From NCBI GenBank assembly GCA_964478505.1, contig CAYZKE010000001.1, forward strand, positions 1-60,948: a DNA stretch of 60,948 bases. The letters run 5' to 3'. Source of the stretch: an uncultured Loktanella sp. Lineage in GTDB: Bacteria; Pseudomonadota; Alphaproteobacteria; Rhodobacterales; Rhodobacteraceae. The stretch's first letter is position 1; the number at the start of each line of letters is the position of its first letter. The position numbers and the translations under genes were made by a program. Positions 18,994 to 27,295 of this stretch are shown here, piece by piece. The notes under the pieces were generated by a model. The model was given only the letters and a program-made list of their open reading frames with translations, searched no databases and was not told the DNA's origin.

Positions 18994-19956
18994 ATGACCA
19001 ATTTTGCGAACCAAGATACCTCTACTGAGCGTCGTGATGACACCGACGCTAAAAGCCACCAAGACGCCAGTCATTCCGACACGCATTCTGGTTCATCTTA
19101 TGGTTGGTTCTTCGCTATGGTTGGCACATCGACTGTGCTGATGTTCGGCCTGATGTTCATCAACTCTTACTCGGTTGAACATCTCTATTGGAGCGAAACA
19201 CGTTTCTACATGACTATTGTCATGGGCGCGACCATGGCAATAGTCATGCTCTTGTTCATGCTGAATATGTACAAGAGTACATTGGCCAATGTCGCGATCT
19301 TTGCTGGTTCAATTGTCATATTTGCCGGAGCTCTTTGGCTCGTGAGAAGCCAAGTGACCGTTCAGGATGAAAGCTGGATGAGTGCGATGATTCCTCACCA
19401 TTCTATTGCCATTATGACAAGCGAAAGAGCCGAAACGACCGACCCGCGTGTAAGTGCGCTTGCGGCGGAAATTGTGACTGCCCAAAATCGCGAAATTTCT
19501 GAGATGCGCTATCTGATTGATGATATCTCACAAAATGGTGAGGCGGGACCAGAATGGCCTTTAGGCGAAGCGGAACGACCTGCGCAGCTAGAGAGCCTGC
19601 AAGACGCGATTGCAACACCAATCATCGCAGGGATCCGTCCGGCCCCCCTTGCGACAGACGAAATCAATTCTGCACTTGGTTCAGCGGGCGAATGCACATT
19701 TATTCGCGCGGTAAATGCGAACCCGATTTTGGTGACTGATGGCAATGGCACCGGCGTGGCAAAAATTTCTGGATCACTTGTTACTTTCGCAGCTGACGGG
19801 CCGGTCAATTCTGGCGGCCTGCTGACGGCTGATGGCGGTCAATTGACGCTTACGCCGGGTGATGCGGACGGTGATGATGCGACCCTGCTGTTTGAATTGA
19901 CGGGCGAGCAGCCGTTGGCCGTTGGTTTCACGGGTTACTGGAATTGCAGCAGCTAA
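18994..19956 (+). CDS. DUF305 (ferritin-like) membrane protein with C-terminal extra domain
   Basis: 3 TMs, MIPHHSIAI, AQNREISEM. Confidence 0.88.
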   Translation: MTNFANQDTSTERRDDTDAKSHQDASHSDTHSGSSYGWFFAMVGTSTVLMFGLMFINSYSVEHLYWSETRFYMTIVMGATMAIVMLLFMLNMYKSTLANVAIFAGSIVIFAGALWLVRSQVTVQDESWMSAMIPHHSIAIMTSERAETTDPRVSALAAEIVTAQNREISEMRYLIDDISQNGEAGPEWPLGEAERPAQLESLQDAIATPIIAGIRPAPLATDEINSALGSAGECTFIRAVNANPILVTDGNGTGVAKISGSLVTFAADGPVNSGGLLTADGGQLTLTPGDADGDDATLLFELTGEQPLAVGFTGYWNCSS

Positions 19957-19970
19957 AAGGGAAAATAGTC

Positions 19971-20447
19971 ATGCCTAAGGACATGAAAACGAACGGCGAA
20001 ATTGCGATCCTTCATCGGATGGTCATGGAAGGACATGTTTGCCCATATGGCCTGAAGTCCAAGGACCTTCTGGAGCGGCGGGGCTTTCGCGTAGATGATC
20101 GCCATCTTACGACGCGTGAAGAAACGGATGCGTTCAAAGAGGAACATAACGTCGAAACGACACCGCAGACAATTATCGCTGGTAATCGCATCGGTGGATA
20201 CGACGCTCTGCGCGAATATTTTGGCGATGAGGTGCCTGATGAGGATGCAACAAGCTATCAGCCAGTGATCGCCATCTTTTCCGTCGCCTTCCTTATGGCG
20301 TTGGGGTTGAGTTGGGGATTTTACGGTTCTGTCGCGACACTCAGAGCATTTGAATGGTTCATCGCCATCTCGATGTGTTTTCTTGCTGTGCAGAAACTGC
20401 AAGACATCGAAAGCTTTTCTACCATGTTCCTTAATTATGACCTTCTC
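19971..20447 (+). pseudogene. Glutaredoxin-MauE/DoxX fusion truncated by Tn3 IR
   Basis: CPYG, TTPQ, IGGY then KLQDIESFSTMFLNYDLL; protein-like sequence ends exactly at the IR (ORF reads on to 20549). Confidence 0.85.
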
Positions 20448-20485
20448 GGGGTCGTTTGCGGGTGGGGGCGAAATGACACTCTAAG
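20448..20485 (+). mobile_element. 38-bp Tn3-family terminal inverted repeat (Tn5393-like)
   Basis: GGGGTCGTTTGCGGGTGGGGGCGAAATGACACTCTAAG: GGGG start, TAAG end, 38 bp. Confidence 0.88.
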
Positions 20486-20906
20486 CCTCGTTTGGGTTAG
20501 CAGCCGTTCGTACACGTCGCGGCGAACGGCAGTTCCGAGCCCTCTTTGATCAATGCTGCGGCGGCGACGGATGTCCGGTTCGTGAGCAATCTCAAATGGA
20601 GGAGCTGGTTTGTCTCGTTTTCGTGCGCTGCTGAAAGAGCACCGTCGCCATAGAATATGGCGGACGCACGAAATCTCTCGACCAAACCAGAATTTGGCAG
20701 CGCCTTAGCCAAGACCATCCCTCCGATACAAAGAGCGGCTACGTTTGTATTGCGTACGCATTGATAGAGCTTTTCCTCAGGGCACATCAAATTCTATGAC
20801 TGTAATTGCTCTCGCAAACCGCTATTCGCCAAAAACCCACCTCTCCGAGATACCTCAGACTTGAGATCTAAGGTCTCACTGCTCATTCGTTCCAATGCCT
20901 GAACAC

Positions 20907-21476
20907 TCAGAATATCCTTACCTGGGTTCCCACTTCAGCCAGCGCAAAAAGTTCCGCGATGTGCTCATTGTAAAGGCCGATGCAACCGTTTGATGATTGT
21001 CTGCCGATCTTGCGCGTATCGCCGGTTCCGTGAACGCGGTAATACTGCCACGACAAATAAAGCGCATGAGTTCCTAGTGGATTATCGGGCCCAGGAGGCC
21101 AATAGTCGGGCCATTCCGGGTTGCGCTGCTTCATTGATGGGGTTGGGCTCCAACTGGGTCCCTCAACCTTCCTTACGACCTCGGTGTAACCGCGCCGGGT
21201 CAGATCTTCTGACAGAGGAACACTGGACGGGTAAAGTTTGTAGATACTCTCGTCCTCCGACCAGTACTGGACTGCCCGCGTATTGATGTCGCAAAGAATT
21301 GCGCCACGTCTGAGGTTTTCAAAGTGCTTTTGCCAGGGGTCGGCCTTGAACGATGCAATATTCCGCTCGACGGGTGATAGGTCCTGCTGTTGTGCACTGA
21401 GTAACGTAGGTGCCGCGAGCAAACCAATTGCCGCTGTCGACATGAATTGACGTCGGGTTTTTCTTGTACTTGTCAT
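20907..21476 (-). CDS. L,D-transpeptidase (YkuD), Tat signal
   Basis: TRRQFM; NPLGTHALYL..YRVHGT...SNGCIGL. Confidence 0.92.
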   Translation of the reverse strand: MTSTRKTRRQFMSTAAIGLLAAPTLLSAQQQDLSPVERNIASFKADPWQKHFENLRRGAILCDINTRAVQYWSEDESIYKLYPSSVPLSEDLTRRGYTEVVRKVEGPSWSPTPSMKQRNPEWPDYWPPGPDNPLGTHALYLSWQYYRVHGTGDTRKIGRQSSNGCIGLYNEHIAELFALAEVGTQVRIF

Positions 21477-21503
21477 CGCTACGTCCTCACTTCAATTTAC
21501 TAA

Positions 21504-21534
21504 GCCGTACGACCTCTAGCTGCTAGAGCTTCAA
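21504..21534 (-). promoter_or_regulatory. CadR/ZntR/PbrR-like MerR promoter of LDT
   Basis: TTGAAG-CTCTAG-CAG-CTAGAG-GTCG (19 bp)-TACGGC. Confidence 0.85.
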
Positions 21535-21569
21535 TAGAAACCTGGTAACAGTTGCGTGAGATAGCAGTC

Positions 21570-22127
21570 TTACACAAACCTGCCCGTTTCAGCGCAATAG
21601 TCATCAAACTTGGCACCATACTGAGCACGCAACCATGGCTCTTCTGCAAATGGGGCAATGGCCAATGGAAGAACGCCGACTACTACGATGGGCCAAACCC
21701 AAAATGAAGAAAACAAAAGACCAATACCCACAAGGATGGCCATGTCGGCGAGGTACTGCGGATTGCGAGAGTGGCGGTAGAGACCGGTGGTGATGAGTTT
21801 GTCTTTCCGCCCGCTGGTGGCCTTAAGACCTATACCGAACGCGCCCTGCCATGCGATCAGGTTTCCGAACGCAATCAAGACTGGTCCGACTGCCCAACGC
21901 AGCCAGTAGGGTGTAGAAATGGATCCCCAGTCCAAGACGCCCAAACCGATCGCCGCCCCAAACACGGTCAGTGTCAGTGCCCAAGCAATAGTCGGGATCA
22001 AGGACTTTCCCCTGTTCGGGGGCCATATCCGCTTAGACGGACGGAAGATCGACCAAAGGAGTGCGCCAATCAAAAGCAGACTGGATAGTGCGCCGGTGGC
22101 AAAAAAGAGGATTTGCACCGTCGTCAT
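21570..22127 (-). CDS. Isoprenylcysteine/phospholipid methyltransferase (PEMT/ICMT) family membrane protein
   Basis: LITTGLYRHSRNPQY, EEPWL..YG..FDDY. Confidence 0.88.
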   Translation of the reverse strand: MTTVQILFFATGALSSLLLIGALLWSIFRPSKRIWPPNRGKSLIPTIAWALTLTVFGAAIGLGVLDWGSISTPYWLRWAVGPVLIAFGNLIAWQGAFGIGLKATSGRKDKLITTGLYRHSRNPQYLADMAILVGIGLLFSSFWVWPIVVVGVLPLAIAPFAEEPWLRAQYGAKFDDYCAETGRFV

Positions 22128-23041
22128 GTTCCGTGCCCAAACAGTTGGGCGTCCTGATGTGCATTGTCGCTTGCTTCAAATTCAAGCGTGGAATGCTCGA
22201 TTGAGAAGCGTTTGCTTAGCGCCGCTTTGATGTCTTCTTTGATGGTATCGGCTTCGCCCAGTCGGGCACGGTCTACAACGATATGGCAGTCCAATGCCGC
22301 CGCGTGTTCCTGCATTTGCCACAAATGGACGTGATGCACGTCAACAACGCCATCAACATCCTGGATCGCTGCGACCACGTCTGTCCCATCTATGTTGGGC
22401 GGGCTTCCAAGCATCAACGTTCGGATTGGGCCTCCGATCTCGGTGAAGGACAAATACAGGATATAGAGCGCGATGCCGATAGTGATGGCTGGGTCCACCC
22501 AACGCAGGTCGTAAAGGATGATGAGCGTTCCGCCAACAATCACGGCCACCGAAGCAAGTGCGTCAGAAAGATTGTGAAGAAACAGCGCGCGGATGTTCAC
22601 GCTCCCCTTCTGCATCGAATAGGTCAGCATTGCGGTCAGCGTGTCGACCACCAATGCTATTCCACCAAGAATGACGACGGTCCAACCCATGACTTCGGGC
22701 GGATCGATCATGCGCATGCCACCTTCGTAGATCAGGTAGAAACCGATCAAGATGAGAGTGGTGTAGTTGATCAGGGCCGCGACAATTTCGACCCGACCAT
22801 AGCCGAAGGTCATGCGTTCATCGGCCGGACGACGTGCGATCTTGCGCGCGGCAAAGGCAATGACAAGCGAGGCCATGTCGGAGAAATTGTGGAGAGCATC
22901 GGCGATTAGAGCCAAACTGCCCGACAAGATGCCCCCGATGACTTGCGCAACGGTGAGGAGCGCATTCGCCCAGATTGCGATGGCTACGCGGCGGTCCCCA
23001 AAATTCGGATTGATATGGGTGTGTCCGTGATCATGCGGCAT
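22124..23041 (-). CDS. czcD: Cation diffusion facilitator (Zn/Co/Cd efflux)
   Basis: ADALHNFSD, HNLSD, HHVHLW; His-rich N-terminus. Confidence 0.93.
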   Translation of the reverse strand: MPHDHGHTHINPNFGDRRVAIAIWANALLTVAQVIGGILSGSLALIADALHNFSDMASLVIAFAARKIARRPADERMTFGYGRVEIVAALINYTTLILIGFYLIYEGGMRMIDPPEVMGWTVVILGGIALVVDTLTAMLTYSMQKGSVNIRALFLHNLSDALASVAVIVGGTLIILYDLRWVDPAITIGIALYILYLSFTEIGGPIRTLMLGSPPNIDGTDVVAAIQDVDGVVDVHHVHLWQMQEHAAALDCHIVVDRARLGEADTIKEDIKAALSKRFSIEHSTLEFEASDNAHQDAQLFGHGT

Positions 23042-23798
23042 TGGCAGGCTCCTCATGCGCATGTGTCCCGCGTCGGTCGGCCTTCAGGCGCCCGCTGCGG
23101 AAACCACGCACGCGAGCATTCATCCAGTGGCGTATGACGTTGCGGTAGAGAAAACCCCGCAACCATCCGAAGGATTGTTCGTGAACGGCGTAGAAGTCGT
23201 CCGGAGTATTGAACGTTCCAAAATCTTTAACGATGCCAGTTTTCTGAATGTAGGTGTCTTCCCCGTTCCAAGCGACGGGAGCCGTGCTAAGGCAATCTGT
23301 GCTCGCGCCATAGCCGCAAAGGCTATCGGTTCCGGGGAATGATGTTTGCAGGACATTCAGAAATGTGTCGTCTAGGATGAAACCTTCGAGGTTGACCCAC
23401 GCGCCGTTAAATTCGATCTCTACCCATGAATGAAGTATCTCTTCCGGCGCGATAGGAAAAACAAGCTCGGGAACAACACCGCGCTGCAAGCCTTTGTGGA
23501 TCGTGAAGCCGTGTAAGCGACAGCTTATGTCGACACCGCGCAGCAAAGCCATCAAGAGCGTACCTTTGGTGTTGCACTGCCCGTACCCGTCGGAGAGTAC
23601 GTCCGAGGCGGCGATGTCATCAGCCCGATTGTACCCGAAGGCGATTTCATTCCGGACGAAATCGTAAACGGCTCCGATCCGTTCAAATTCTTCCATGGCG
23701 CGCCACCCACGATTATTAATCAAACGCGCAATAGGTTCAGCATCGAAATCCAGCAATTTGGTGGATGCAAGTAGGTGATCGGTTTTCTGCAAAATCAT
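23031..23798 (-). CDS. Transglutaminase-like cysteine enzyme
   Basis: GYGQCNTK, HSWVEI, WVNLEG; RBS gaggag. Confidence 0.88.
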   Translation of the reverse strand: MILQKTDHLLASTKLLDFDAEPIARLINNRGWRAMEEFERIGAVYDFVRNEIAFGYNRADDIAASDVLSDGYGQCNTKGTLLMALLRGVDISCRLHGFTIHKGLQRGVVPELVFPIAPEEILHSWVEIEFNGAWVNLEGFILDDTFLNVLQTSFPGTDSLCGYGASTDCLSTAPVAWNGEDTYIQKTGIVKDFGTFNTPDDFYAVHEQSFGWLRGFLYRNVIRHWMNARVRGFRSGRLKADRRGTHAHEEPANAA

Positions 23799-23822
23799 CG
23801 CTCCTCGAATCATGTTGGAACG

Positions 23823-23853
23823 ACACTAATTGCTATAGTGACTGTAGCTTCAA
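23823..23853 (-). promoter_or_regulatory. CadR/ZntR-like MerR promoter
   Basis: TTGAAG-CTACAG-TCA-CTATAG-CAAT (19 bp)-TAGTGT. Confidence 0.85.
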
Positions 23854-23894
23854 GCTCTTGTTTGAGAATTTTAGCATAAGTCGCTGCTTTTGAC

Positions 23895-24323
23895 TCATGC
23901 ACCGATCTCGTCGTGATCGGTCAGGCATTCAGAATGGTCTCGCAAGACTTCCAAAACACGGCAATCAGAGGATTTTCCGCCGCTGCACTCATGCACCATG
24001 CGCTTGAGTTCTTTTTGAAGTGCTTCTAGCCGCGCCATTCTTTGCTCGACCTGAATGAGCTGACGCCGCGCTATGGCATCTGCCTCTTGGCATGGCCGGT
24101 TTGGATCATCGGAAAGGTCCAAGAGTTCGCGAATGGCCTCTAGCGAGAATCCTAGCTGACGGGCATGCCGGACAAACGACAAGCGGTCGAGCTGCGCATC
24201 GTCATAGCGTCGCTGACCGCCTCCGGTCCTTCCGGGCTCTGGCATCAGACCAATCTGCTCGTAATAGCGAATGGTTTGCACCTTTGTGCCAGTCTTCTTT
24301 CCGAGCGTTCCGATGGTTAGCAT
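23895..24323 (-). CDS. MerR-family Zn/Cd/Pb regulator (CadR/ZntR/PbrR-type)
   Basis: TIRYYEQIGL; three-Cys pattern RPC...EC-x7-C plus HSECLTDH tail. Confidence 0.92.
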   Translation of the reverse strand: MLTIGTLGKKTGTKVQTIRYYEQIGLMPEPGRTGGGQRRYDDAQLDRLSFVRHARQLGFSLEAIRELLDLSDDPNRPCQEADAIARRQLIQVEQRMARLEALQKELKRMVHECSGGKSSDCRVLEVLRDHSECLTDHDEIGA

Positions 24324-24432
24324 GTTTGAGCCTCTTGAATATGAAGCGACTGTAGGTTTAGGGGGCGAGACTTGCAAGGAACGCAGCTTACTCACAAGAG
24401 CGTGACTCAGCGTCATACAAGGTAATAGGGGA

Positions 24433-24463
24433 TTGAACCTCTAGTAGCTGCAGGGTGTAGACG
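24433..24463 (+). promoter_or_regulatory. CadR/ZntR-like MerR promoter of SCO-Dsb-M23-ZIP-lspA operon
   Basis: TTGAAC-CTCTAG-TAG-CTGCAG-GGTG (19 bp)-TAGACG. Confidence 0.85.
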
Positions 24464-24501
24464 CACTTGGAAATGAAAGAAGCACGGGCGGGCGGATTGC
24501 A

Positions 24502-25101
24502 TTGAAACTGACAGGATTTCAGAAGGTCTTATGGGGCCTAGCAGGCATTGCGACGTTGGCCTTCGTTTGGTTACAGTTTTGGTCTGACTATAGGGCTGAT
24601 CAAACTCGCGCTGATACGACGGCGTTTAGCGCGATCTTCGAACTTACCGATCATCGCGGTATGGTCCAAACACAAGATGATTTTTCGGGGCGCTGGATGC
24701 TTGTGTTTTTCGGCTTCACCAATTGTCCTGACATTTGTCCCACAACACTTTCCGAAGTCGCGGCCGTGATGGATGGCCTTGGGAATGAGGCGGATAAGGT
24801 TCAGCCTATTTTCGTTACCATTGATCCCGACCGCGACACACCCAGCGTCCTTGCAGAATACGTACCACTCTTTGAGGCCGGAATTATCGGCCTTACCGGC
24901 ACACCAAGGCAGATCGCAGAGACATCAGAATCCTTCCCAATCTTTTTTGAGCGTATTGAAGAAGCATCCGCGCCTGATGGCTATACGATGGGGCACACCT
25001 CGCATCTCTTCCTGTTTGATCCCGAAGCGGGCTTTGCCGATTCCTGGCCTTATGGCACCCCAGCAGAAGAAATTCTTGCCGATCTGAAAGCGAGGATCTG
25101 A
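24502..25101 (+). CDS. SCO1/SenC family protein
   Basis: FGFTNCPDICP, YTMGH. Confidence 0.93.
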   Translation: MKLTGFQKVLWGLAGIATLAFVWLQFWSDYRADQTRADTTAFSAIFELTDHRGMVQTQDDFSGRWMLVFFGFTNCPDICPTTLSEVAAVMDGLGNEADKVQPIFVTIDPDRDTPSVLAEYVPLFEAGIIGLTGTPRQIAETSESFPIFFERIEEASAPDGYTMGHTSHLFLFDPEAGFADSWPYGTPAEEILADLKARI

Positions 25102-25106
25102 CAGGT

Positions 25107-25529
25107 ATGGTCCGTATATATGGAGAAACCGCGCTTGGACTAGCGTGGGTCATTGCGCTTGTCGCATCGTTCGCCGTTTTGTTTATCGGAGAGGTTTTAG
25201 GACAGACACCCTGTGTGCTCTGCTGGTTCCAGCGTGCTTTCATGTTCCCGCTCGCAATAATACTGGGCCTCGGTCTGTGGTGGCAAGACGGCAAAGTTGG
25301 CCGCTATGGCATCGCAATGGCCCTTTGTGGCGCGGCTGTCGCCCTATGGCACATGGGCCTTTATGTCGGCGTCATTCCCGAGCGTATTCAACCCTGCACT
25401 GCGACAGGTCCATCCTGCACAGATGACAATCAATTGGTCTTCGGCGTTCCGATACCGCTGATGGCGCTCGCAGCCTTCACGCTTATTGGCGTATTATCGG
25501 CCCTTTCCCTTAAGGAGAAACAAGAATGA
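25107..25529 (+). CDS. DsbB/BdbC disulfide formation protein
   Basis: PCVLCWFQR; second Cys pair PCTATGPSC. Confidence 0.92.
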   Translation: MVRIYGETALGLAWVIALVASFAVLFIGEVLGQTPCVLCWFQRAFMFPLAIILGLGLWWQDGKVGRYGIAMALCGAAVALWHMGLYVGVIPERIQPCTATGPSCTDDNQLVFGVPIPLMALAAFTLIGVLSALSLKEKQE

Positions 25530-26185
25530 ACAGACGCGGACTGATCCTATCTATTCTTGCACTTGGCACTGCCGGGTTTGGCGGTGCGGCATGGTACGCA
25601 ACTCGCCCCAAACCGCTTACCGAGACTATGCCAGTTGCACCCCAACTGGCGGAAGCGTTGATGCGGCCCCACTCACCGATCCTTGGGCCCAAGGACGCGC
25701 CCGTGACAATCGTAGAGTTTTTCGACCCGGCCTGCGAAGCCTGCCGCGCGTTTCACCCGATCGTGAAGGACATCATGGCGGAACATGGCGACGCGGTCCG
25801 CGTCGTCATCCGATATACGGCGTTTCATGGGGAAGGGTCGGAAACGGCGATCCGCGTGTTAGAAGCCGCCCGAATGCAAAATGTCTACCTTCCGGTTCTT
25901 GAAGCGATACTAGAAGAGCAACCGCGTTGGGCATCTCACGGCGGTATTCGTCCCGAACTTATCCTTGAGGTTGCGGCAAGTGCCGGACTTGATGAAGAGG
26001 CCGCGCGTACCCAGATGATGGCACCGCAAACGGTCGGGATACTCAATCAAGACCGCGCGGACGTTGAAGCAATGGGTGTACGTCAAACGCCCACGTTTTT
26101 CGTGAACGGAAAACCCCTCGATCCGTTTGGAGAAGCAGAGTTGCGGCGCCTCGTGGCTGCCGAAGTTGCAGCCACGCAGAGCTAA
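25526..26185 (+). CDS. DsbA/BdbD-like oxidoreductase
   Basis: EFFDPACEAC, QTPTFFVNG. Confidence 0.92.
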   Translation: MNRRGLILSILALGTAGFGGAAWYATRPKPLTETMPVAPQLAEALMRPHSPILGPKDAPVTIVEFFDPACEACRAFHPIVKDIMAEHGDAVRVVIRYTAFHGEGSETAIRVLEAARMQNVYLPVLEAILEEQPRWASHGGIRPELILEVAASAGLDEEAARTQMMAPQTVGILNQDRADVEAMGVRQTPTFFVNGKPLDPFGEAELRRLVAAEVAATQS

Positions 26186-26204
26186 TAAGAAAGAGCAGAA
26201 CTCC

Positions 26205-26669
26205 ATGAATGTAGTATTGAAAAGCTTGGTTGCGACTGCCTTGTCCATTGCAGGGTTTGTTGGGGTCGCCATGGCCGAGGAAACAACCATGGTGGTTGAA
26301 GACGCGTGGGCCCGAGCGTCAATTGGGATGAACCGACCGGGTGCCGCCTACATGACGGTCCGTAACATGGGCGAAAATACAGTGATCTTGACTGGTCTGC
26401 GGACTGACCTTGCAATGATGCCAGAAATCCACCTCACATCCACCAATGAACAGGGTGTGAGTTCCATGACACCAGCCGGTGAGATCAAGATCGCACCCGG
26501 CGAGGTGGCGGCACTTGAACCCGGCGGGCTACATGCCATGCTGATGCGGCTATCGCGACCAATGGTGGAGGGAGAAACGTTCGCCCTCACTCTCGTCTTT
26601 GGCGATGGCGACGAAATCACCGTGGACGTCCCAATTCTCGGTATTGCCGCGCGTGGGCCCAAGAGCTGA
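26205..26669 (+). CDS. Periplasmic copper chaperone PCu(A)C
   Basis: AWAR..GAAYM, EIH...M...PGGLHAML. Confidence 0.92.
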   Translation: MNVVLKSLVATALSIAGFVGVAMAEETTMVVEDAWARASIGMNRPGAAYMTVRNMGENTVILTGLRTDLAMMPEIHLTSTNEQGVSSMTPAGEIKIAPGEVAALEPGGLHAMLMRLSRPMVEGETFALTLVFGDGDEITVDVPILGIAARGPKS

Positions 26670-27295
26670 TGCAGCGACGCAAAGTTCTTGGTTTAAGTGC
26701 AGCGGGTGTTGCCGCAGTTGGCGGTACGCTCGTTGCAGGTTGGTGGCAGGTGGATGGCCCTGGCGCGCCAGCGGTCGCTGGCCTACGACCGCTACCACTC
26801 TCGGAAATGGAATTTCAGCTAACCAACCACGAGGGTATTGCAGTGGGTCCTGAGACCCTCATTGGGCGTCCCAGCATGGTTTTCTTCGGGTTTACATATT
26901 GTCCGGATGTTTGCCCAACGACCCTTTCAGATATTTCGGGTTGGCTCGACGACATGGGCGAGGATGCAGCCGACATTGACGTCGTGTTTATCACAGTGGA
27001 TCCAGAGCGCGATACCGTAGAGACGATGGCGGATTATATTGGCTATTTTCACCCTGCCTTGCGCGGGTGGACGGGTGCCAAAGAAGAGATTACACGCGCG
27101 GCGGAAGGGTTTCGCGCCACCTACACAAAAGTGCCGACCGATGATGGTGATTACACCATGAACCACACAGCAAGCGTTTTCCTGTTCGATGCCGGGGGAC
27201 GCTTTGTGAGCACAATCGACTATCACGAGTCGCGGGAATTCGCGGTGCCGAAAATTCGGCGAGCGATGCAGAACAGCACTGAGGAGACGACATGA
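26669..27295 (+). CDS. SCO family protein (second copy)
   Basis: FGFTYCPDVCP, YTMNH. Confidence 0.93.
   Translation: MQRRKVLGLSAAGVAAVGGTLVAGWWQVDGPGAPAVAGLRPLPLSEMEFQLTNHEGIAVGPETLIGRPSMVFFGFTYCPDVCPTTLSDISGWLDDMGEDAADIDVVFITVDPERDTVETMADYIGYFHPALRGWTGAKEEITRAAEGFRATYTKVPTDDGDYTMNHTASVFLFDAGGRFVSTIDYHESREFAVPKIRRAMQNSTEETT

Noticed and set aside
20497-20790. 97-aa ORF beside the Tn3 IR
   Set aside because: No transposase or resolvase motifs; overlaps repeat-like remnants
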